Source: a bacterium (lineage in GTDB: Bacteria > UBA8248 > JACPRG01 > G963555815). From it: a DNA stretch of 64,000 nt. Location of the stretch: positions 192,001-256,000 of the forward strand of contig CAUVWX020000001.1 in assembly GCA_963555815.3 (NCBI GenBank), given 5' to 3'. Numbering within the stretch: the first letter of the stretch is position 1; the number at the start of each line of letters is the position of its first letter. The notes beneath the pieces are model-generated. The model searched no databases. It was not told the origin of the DNA and saw nothing but the letters and a program-made list of their open reading frames with translations. The position numbers and the translations under genes were made by a program. This document shows positions 57,813 to 64,000 of this stretch, piece by piece.

Positions 57813-58931
57813 GTGTCAGTTCCCCTGATTCAGCAGATTCGCGTTGGCGCATACGTGCTCAAGAAGCGCATCAGCGGGACCAAGAGATATCCGCTGGTGC
57901 TCATGCTCGAGCCCCTGTTCCGTTGCAACCTGGCCTGCGCCGGCTGCGGCAAGATCGACTATCCAGATCCCATTCTAAACCTGCGCCTGAGCGTCCAAGA
58001 ATGTCTGGAGGCGGTCGACGAGTGTGGAGCTCCCATCGTGTCCATACCCGGAGGCGAGCCCCTCCTGCACCGTGAAATCGGCGAGATCGTCGAGGGGATC
58101 GTCACCCGCAAGAAGTTCGTCTATCTGTGCACCAACGCCCTCTTGCTGGAAAAAAAGCTCCACCTGTTTAAGCCCAGCCCCTATCTCACCTTCTCCATCC
58201 ACCTCGACGGCGACCAGGAGCATCATGACGCCTCTGTCTGTCAGGAGGGCGTGTACGACCGGGCGGTCAAGGCGCTCCAGGCGGCCCGCGAAAAGGGCTT
58301 CCGCGTCAACATCAACTGCACGCTGTTCGACGGGGCTGAACCGGAGAACGTGGCGAAGTTCTTCGACGACGTCATGACCTTCGGCATCGAAGGGATCACC
58401 GTATCCCCGGGCTACGCCTACGAACGGGCGCCGGACCAGGAGCATTTCCTCAGCCGCCAGAAGACCAAGCAACTCTTCCGTGACATCTTCCGTTACGGCA
58501 AGGACCGCCACTGGTCCTTCAGCCAGTCGACCATGTTCCTCGACTTTCTGGCTGGCAACCAGCAGTATCACTGCACCCCGTGGGGCAACCCGACGCGCAA
58601 TATCTTCGGGTGGCAGCGGCCGTGCTACCTCCTTGGCGAAGGCTACACCTCGTCCTTCAAGGAGCTGTTGGAAGAGACCGAATGGGACATGTACGGCACC
58701 GGCAATTACGAGAAATGCTCCAACTGCATGGTCCACTGCGGCTATGAGGCCACCGCCGTCACCGACACCCTAGCCCACCCGCTGAAGGCCCTCATGGTCT
58801 CCCTGAAAGGCGTCCGCACCGACGGCCCCATGGCCCCGGAGATCCCCCTGGGCAAGGCGCGGCCTGCCGAATACGTCTTCTCAGAACATGTCGAGGAGGC
58901 GATGGCGGAGCTGAGCGGGGAGGCCAAATAG
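57813..58931 (+). CDS. hpnH: Adenosyl-hopene transferase HpnH (radical SAM)
   Basis: YPLVLMLEPLFRCNLACAGCGKIDYP, SIPGGEP, CTPWGNPTRNIFGWQRPCYL, CSNCMVHCGYE. Confidence 0.95.
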   Translation: MSVPLIQQIRVGAYVLKKRISGTKRYPLVLMLEPLFRCNLACAGCGKIDYPDPILNLRLSVQECLEAVDECGAPIVSIPGGEPLLHREIGEIVEGIVTRKKFVYLCTNALLLEKKLHLFKPSPYLTFSIHLDGDQEHHDASVCQEGVYDRAVKALQAAREKGFRVNINCTLFDGAEPENVAKFFDDVMTFGIEGITVSPGYAYERAPDQEHFLSRQKTKQLFRDIFRYGKDRHWSFSQSTMFLDFLAGNQQYHCTPWGNPTRNIFGWQRPCYLLGEGYTSSFKELLEETEWDMYGTGNYEKCSNCMVHCGYEATAVTDTLAHPLKALMVSLKGVRTDGPMAPEIPLGKARPAEYVFSEHVEEAMAELSGEAK

Positions 58932-59075
58932 CGGGGGCGTACGCACACCCGCTCGGTTTAAGAAAATCCCCCTCAGCTCATCTCGGACATCGGCAAGAAA
59001 GAGACCCAGGCTGGCGGGGACCCGATATAAAGAACTTGATAGGGCATCTCTGAGGCTTAGAAGGGGTGAAAGGAA

Positions 59076-59813
59076 TTGGCCATTCAGCATAAACAGAACC
59101 GGTATAGACAGAATCGGCGAACACCTCCGGGGCCGTTGGCGGGCCTTTGGTCGTGGCAGTATTACGACGTCCGCAAGATGTTCGGGATCCTCCTAAACCC
59201 CACGGTGAAGTCCTACTATAAGATGTTTCCAAAGATCTTACCCCTGGGCTCACAGTTCCCGGAAATAGAGCTGGAGATCGCAGCCGGGGGGAAGATCAAC
59301 ACAAAACAGCTTCGATGGAAAAAGCACTTTGTCCTCCTCACCGGGTCCATCACCTGACCGCCAAGCCGGAGGCAGTTGCCTCTTATGGAAGAGCTGGCAA
59401 GAAAGTATAGGGACAGGGATGTGGAGATATTTCTCATGTATGTCCAGGAACCCCATGCGGGGAACCGGGGCTATCGCCAGTTCCGAAAGGGGGGTTTTCG
59501 CAAGTACCGATTTCACGAGAGTGATGAGCATAAGATGGAGGTCGCGAAGCTCCTTGTGAAAAAGCACGGTTTAACCATCCCCTGCTTGGTGGATGGCGTT
59601 GACGAGAAGGTCCACCGGATCATTGGAGGACTCCCGAACCTTGTCTATGTGGTGAATAAGGAGGGGGAGATAGTGTACAAGTGCAGCTGGACAGACGCCG
59701 ACGTCATTGACGACATTTTGGCACAGCTCGTGACGGCGGATGACCCATCTCGCCCTGTCCAAAAGACGATGGACGACCGCCGTGTCCCGGGACGGATCCC
59801 CGTTGAGGTCTGA
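59076..59813 (+). CDS. Deiodinase-like thioredoxin-fold selenoprotein (UGA at 59355-59357 read as Sec)
   Basis: Track ORFs 59076-59357 and 59376-59813 are in frame; the join reads LLTGSIT-U-PPSRRQLPLMEELARKY...MYVQEPH, matching the deiodinase GSxTUPP...EAH pattern. Confidence 0.82.
59369..59382 (+). other. Candidate bacterial SECIS hairpin
   Basis: GAGGC-AGTT-GCCTC stem-loop starting 11 nt after the UGA, with G in the loop. Confidence 0.55.
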
Positions 59814-59952
59814 AAACCTGGAGCCAGTCAGGGTTGGCCTGAGGCGACCCTTTGCCAAGCGAAAGGCGGGCTAAAAGGTGACGGCACAAAGAAACCTCTT
59901 CTCATTGCGTTTCCCGGCCAACGTCATGCGCCCCCATAAGAGAGCGGATACA

Positions 59953-61389
59953 ATGCGGCTCTTTGTCCTTCTTTTTTCCCTTCTCCTCGCCCTCCCAGCC
60001 GAGGCGGCGATCCGCGTCGCCGTCTTCGACCTCTCGAACCAGTCGGGAAACGGCGCAAAAGAAGAATATAGCTGGGTCGGCCTCAATGTGTCCGAAACCC
60101 TAGCCGGTAAGCTCTCCGAGGTCCCTGGTGTCCAAACCATTCCGCGGCCCATGTGGAAAGATCTCGCCCAGAAACTCAAGTTCTCCTCTTCTGATCTTCT
60201 TGACCAAAAGAACGCCCTCCGGATCGGAGGGTTTCTTGGGGTGAACACAATTATTCTTGGCTCCTTCACCGTCCTTGAAGAAGAGATCAACTTCAACTTC
60301 CGTTTTGTCGACGTCGATACAGGGACACTTCTCAGGAACTTAAACCGTACCAGTCCAAAAGATGACCGCCTCCTTGAGACTCTCGCGGCGTTCTCTCTTG
60401 AGGCCGTCGAGGCTCTGAATCATAGGGTGATAGACGGCGAGGTGGTGGCTTTGCCTCCCGAAGAGAGACTGGAGGTCGCCGAGGAGACAAAGGAGAAGAT
60501 TCAAAGGCCGCCGACTAAGAATCTGGAGGTCTATGCCTTATTTGGAAAAGGAAACGAGGCAAATGACCAAAACCGCTGGGAGGAGGCCATCTCCCTCTAC
60601 CGGCAGGTCCTCGAACTTGACGAGGACTACGCCGAGGCCTGGCAGAGCCTGGGGGGTGTCCTGACAAACCGCGAGCGGTTGGAAGAGGCGTGGGAGGTGG
60701 GAAGGAATGCCCTCACTATCTTCAAAGAACGGGGAGATGAGAGGAGGAGGGGGGAGATTCTCAATTACCTTGGCGTCGTCATGGAAAGGCGCGGACGCTT
60801 CGAAGATGCCGATGAACTCTACAAGGAGAGCCTGGATATTGAACAGAAAATCAATAACGAGCCCGGCATCGCGCGGACGCTGAATAACCTGGGAATTATC
60901 GCTATGAATCGCGGACGCACCGTCGCGGCCGAGCGGCTCTACCGGGACAACCTGGAGATTGAAAAGAGAATCGGCAACAAGCCCAGCATCGCACAAACCC
61001 TGAATAACCTGGGAGTGCTCGTCTATAGCCGGGGGCAATTCAGGAACGCCGAGGAGTTCCTCCAAGAAGGCCTGGTGATTAAGAGGGAACTGGGCGACGC
61101 CCTGAGTGTCGCAAGGTCGCTGAATAACCTTGGAATCATCGCCGTGAGAGGCGGACGCTTGAAAGAGGCCGAAGGATTCTATGAGGAGAGTCTGGACATT
61201 CTAAGGGAAGCTGGCGATGTCCCAGGCGCCGCCCTAGCCCTCTTCAACCTCGCCCTTCTCGGAAGAGACCAGGGCTTAAAGGACCCACCCCTCCTTCAGG
61301 CAAAAGAGGCCCTTGAGACATTCCGCAGGATAGGAAGCCCATATGTGGACAGGACGGAATCTCTCATCCAGCAGCTCGAGAGCCGCTAG
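59953..61389 (+). CDS. Exported TPR protein with an N-terminal TolB-N/CsgG-like domain
   Basis: Signal peptide MRLFVLLFSLLLALPAEA, VAVFDL, IILGSF; 40-aa TPR units (LNNLG). Confidence 0.8.
   Translation: MRLFVLLFSLLLALPAEAAIRVAVFDLSNQSGNGAKEEYSWVGLNVSETLAGKLSEVPGVQTIPRPMWKDLAQKLKFSSSDLLDQKNALRIGGFLGVNTIILGSFTVLEEEINFNFRFVDVDTGTLLRNLNRTSPKDDRLLETLAAFSLEAVEALNHRVIDGEVVALPPEERLEVAEETKEKIQRPPTKNLEVYALFGKGNEANDQNRWEEAISLYRQVLELDEDYAEAWQSLGGVLTNRERLEEAWEVGRNALTIFKERGDERRRGEILNYLGVVMERRGRFEDADELYKESLDIEQKINNEPGIARTLNNLGIIAMNRGRTVAAERLYRDNLEIEKRIGNKPSIAQTLNNLGVLVYSRGQFRNAEEFLQEGLVIKRELGDALSVARSLNNLGIIAVRGGRLKEAEGFYEESLDILREAGDVPGAALALFNLALLGRDQGLKDPPLLQAKEALETFRRIGSPYVDRTESLIQQLESR
60880..61140 (+). 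repeat. Coding tandem repeat with 120-nt period (TPR units)
   Basis: CTGAATAACCT recurs at 60880, 61000 and 61120. Confidence 0.75.
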
Positions 61390-61534
61390 ATCCCCTGTTC
61401 GTCCACACTGAACCAAACTCTCCCAAGGTGCGCCGTTTCTCGTGCTCCAACCACTGAATCGTGGCGCGGGGCTTCAACCCCTTCTCAATTCCCTGGCGAT
61501 CTACACAAGGCTGAATCAGTCGGCAAAAAGTGTC

Positions 61535-62581
61535 TTACACCTTGAAGCGAAAGAAGATGACGTCTCCGTCCTGGACGAGATATTGTTTTCCTTCCAGGCG
61601 GATGAGCCCAGCCTCTTTTGCCGCAGCCCAGGAGCCCTCCCGGTCGAGGATCTCAAAGGGCACCACCTCAGCCCGAATGAAGCCTCGCTCCATATCCGAG
61701 TGAACCGCGCCAGCCGCCTTTAGGGCGGTCGCCCCGCGGGGGATCGTCCAGGCCCTCGTCTCTTTGCCAACCACCGTGAAGAAGGAGATGAGGCCAAGCA
61801 GGTCATGGGAAGCTTGAATGAGGCCTGCTCTCCCTAAGCTCTTTCCCATTTCTTTTGCGAACGCCTCCCGCTCGCCCTCTTCGAGTTGGGTCATCTCCAT
61901 CTCCAGCTTCCCGCAGAAAGAGACCCAAGCGGTCCCTGGAGCTTCAAGAACTCGGGACCAGGCCTCCTCTTTTCCAGGACTGAACTCTTCCTCCTCGCTG
62001 ATGTTGAACACAACGAGGAGGGGTTTCGCCGTGAGAAAGCCATAGCCCCGAAGGGCCTTCTCATCCTCAAGGGGGATGACCCGAAGGGGCTTCTCCTCTT
62101 CCAGGGCCGACCGGAACTTAAGGAAGAGGTCCCGCTCGGGGATATCCCCCTTCTGGCCTTTCCTGATCCCTGCCTCCAGGCGCTCAAGGCGCCGCTCGAC
62201 CACCTCGAGGTCGGCCAGGACAAAGTCCTGAATGGTGGTCCTAAGATCCTCAAGGGGGTTTGTCTCTCCCGCGGGATCGGGAAAGGCGCGGACCACGAGA
62301 AGAAGGGCATCGGCCTCTCTCAGGAAGGCCTCTCCTGGCAGGCGGCCCTCCCCCTTTCGGACGCCCCACACATCTGCGTACTGGATGGAGGCCGGCGCGA
62401 CCTTCTCGGGGCGGAAAATCTCGGCGACCCTGTTGAGTCTCAGGTCAGGGAGCGGGACCCTGGCGAGGTGGACTTCCTCTTTGAAGCGGCCGTGGGGGTA
62501 AGCCTCAGACTCAGAGCCTCTCAGGGCATCGAAGACTGTCGTCTTGCCGCTCCCGGAAAGGCCGATGAGGGCGAGCTTCAT
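61535..62581 (-). CDS. ychF: YchF/Obg-family ATPase
   Basis: GLSGSGKT, LTAKP, FFTV, RAWTI, HSDMERGFIRAEV, RLEGKQYLVQDGDV. Confidence 0.9.
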   Translation of the reverse strand: MKLALIGLSGSGKTTVFDALRGSESEAYPHGRFKEEVHLARVPLPDLRLNRVAEIFRPEKVAPASIQYADVWGVRKGEGRLPGEAFLREADALLLVVRAFPDPAGETNPLEDLRTTIQDFVLADLEVVERRLERLEAGIRKGQKGDIPERDLFLKFRSALEEEKPLRVIPLEDEKALRGYGFLTAKPLLVVFNISEEEEFSPGKEEAWSRVLEAPGTAWVSFCGKLEMEMTQLEEGEREAFAKEMGKSLGRAGLIQASHDLLGLISFFTVVGKETRAWTIPRGATALKAAGAVHSDMERGFIRAEVVPFEILDREGSWAAAKEAGLIRLEGKQYLVQDGDVIFFRFKV

Positions 62582-62585
62582 AGGG

Positions 62586-63362
62586 TTAACGGGAAGAGGG
62601 CCTCTTTTGGGCGCTTATCTGGCGAGGGGAACTCGGCTTTCGGGACCGCCCGAATTTCGAGGCCGCCCGTAGGAAAGCTTCAAAAAGCTGCACAGCCGCC
62701 CGGTCGGTCCGATACAGGTTTTCTGGATGCCACTGGACACCCAGGACGAAGGGTTTTGAGCGCTCAATGGCCTCGATGATGCCGTCCGGGGCTCGAGCGG
62801 AGACCTGAAAACCGGGGGCCACTTTCTTGATGGCTTGGTGGTGGCTCGTGTTCACCTTGAGCTTCCGCCTGGTCATCATCTTCGCCAGCTGGCTTTGGGG
62901 CTCGATGGCTATCTCATGGCGGCCTGAGCGGCTCTTGTGGGCAAGGGCCCCCGAAACCTGGGAGGGGATGTCCTGATAGAGAGTCCCGCCGGCGGCCACG
63001 TTAAGAACCTGACAGCCCCCGCACACCCCAAGGGTTGGCATGTCCCGCCTGACCACCTCGCGGGCGAGAAGGAGCTCAAAATGTACCCTGACCGGATTGA
63101 GGGGCAGCTCACAGAGAGGACGCTCGCCGTAGTGGCCGGGTTCGACGTCGTAATCTCCCCCAGAGATGAGAACCCCGTCCAGGGGATCGACGAGGGCCGC
63201 GACCTCCTTCCCCCGGACATCCGGAAGGGCGGGAAGAAGGAGGGGGAGTCCCCCGAGATCGAAAATGGCTTCGATGTATTCTCGCCTTAGGTGGTGGAGT
63301 CCTTCAGGACCATTGCCCACATCGCAGGTGATGCCGATCCAAGGCTTCTTCTTGCGGCTCAC
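62586..63362 (-). CDS. Peptidase C26 / gamma-glutamyl-gamma-aminobutyrate hydrolase family protein
   Basis: PWIGIT, SGGDYDV, GVCGGCQ, NTSHHQA, GVQWHPE; probable GTG start at 63362. Confidence 0.85.
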   Translation of the reverse strand: MSRKKKPWIGITCDVGNGPEGLHHLRREYIEAIFDLGGLPLLLPALPDVRGKEVAALVDPLDGVLISGGDYDVEPGHYGERPLCELPLNPVRVHFELLLAREVVRRDMPTLGVCGGCQVLNVAAGGTLYQDIPSQVSGALAHKSRSGRHEIAIEPQSQLAKMMTRRKLKVNTSHHQAIKKVAPGFQVSARAPDGIIEAIERSKPFVLGVQWHPENLYRTDRAAVQLFEAFLRAASKFGRSRKPSSPRQISAQKRPSSR

Positions 63363-63378
63363 CAAAGGCCCCCCTTGC

Positions 63379-64000
63379 CTAGCTCGCCGCCCGCCCTTGG
63401 GAAAGGGCAGAGAGCTCTGCTGGGATTTCCGCGTCGGTCGACGGCGCGCGCTCCCCATACAACCGCCAGCCATACTTCCCCGTGGGGGTGACGAGAATGT
63501 TCCTCAGTCCGACCCGCCGACCCCAGTCTTCCAACTCCTCCTTGTCAAAGTAGTGGCGGAGTGGGGCCGAGAAGCGATCGAACCAGTCCGCATAGCAGAC
63601 GAAGAATGGGAACCTCGCATAGAGCTTGACCCGGGGAAAGGCGAACCTCTCGACGAGGGGAAGGCGTCTCAGAAGGGAATAGGGAAAGATGAAGGCGAAA
63701 TAATCGACACCGGCGAAGAGAAAGGAGATCTTCATCAGGGTCGGAAGGGGGATGCGGCGCGTGAGGGAGCGGACCCTCTCCGTGAAGAAGTTCACAAGGC
63801 GCCGTCGCTTGCTGTACACCCAGATGGCCACCGCCCCCTCGGGTTTGACGAATTCAAACAGGGAACGAAAGCCCTCCTCTGGATCGGGTAGATGGTGGAG
63901 GGCACCCAGGCTGTAGATGAAGTCAAATGCCCCGCGCTTGAAGGGCATCCGGTAGATGTCCCCTTTGACCAGGGAGATGTTGGAACGGGAGCGGTTGGTC
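63379..64000 (-). CDS. Class I SAM-dependent methyltransferase (partial; start lies beyond the window)
   Basis: VKGDIYRMPFKRGAFDFIYSLGALHHLPDP, VKPEGAVAIWVY. Confidence 0.8.
   Translation of the reverse strand, partial: TNRSRSNISLVKGDIYRMPFKRGAFDFIYSLGALHHLPDPEEGFRSLFEFVKPEGAVAIWVYSKRRRLVNFFTERVRSLTRRIPLPTLMKISFLFAGVDYFAFIFPYSLLRRLPLVERFAFPRVKLYARFPFFVCYADWFDRFSAPLRHYFDKEELEDWGRRVGLRNILVTPTGKYGWRLYGERAPSTDAEIPAELSALSQGRAAS

Noticed and set aside
59076..59357. Two separate small genes or a nonsense pseudogene at 59076-59813
   Set aside because: The TGA falls exactly at the deiodinase Sec position and is followed by a hairpin, so readthrough is the better explanation.
60880..61140. CRISPR-like periodic repeat
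   Set aside because: The 120-nt period is in frame within a TPR gene, the repeats are short and degenerate, and no cas genes are present.
1..64000. tRNA, rRNA or insertion sequences
   Set aside because: No cloverleaf, rRNA-like segment or transposase ORF was recognised by eye; a covariance-model scan would be needed to exclude small RNAs.

Overview
A GC-rich bacterial chromosomal segment, mostly housekeeping genes: mgtE, hflX, an M16 peptidase, ileS-lspA, trpS, a DHH/CBS tRNA nucleotidyltransferase, nfeD-slipin, rluD, gcvT, a Gld-type ABC system, groEL, a DisA_N cyclase, degP, UbiA/UbiD menaquinone genes, gatC, a glmS/glmM/GlmU-like amino-sugar cluster, hpnH and ychF. The gene content suggests a Nitrospinota/Tectomicrobia- or deltaproteobacterium-like organism (inference only). 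Four things stand out. (1) A compact ~6.3 kb phage-derived module at 23281-29545: CI-like repressor, frameshifted Rad52/Sak recombinase, putative late regulator followed by a promoter and terminator, tail-assembly chaperone with an intact GGGAAAC -1 frameshift, a very short tape-measure-like protein, then TerS/TerL. No capsid, portal, tail tube, lysis or integrase gene is recognisable, and the gene order is non-canonical. (2) A deiodinase-like selenoprotein that the ORF caller split at an in-frame UGA followed by a SECIS-like hairpin (59076-59813). (3) A thiolase lacking its second catalytic Cys next to a type III PKS and YceI. (4) Probable non-canonical start codons (ATC for hflX, CTG for gcvT). 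No rRNA, tRNA or CRISPR array was seen. All calls come from reading motifs by eye; no database searches were run.
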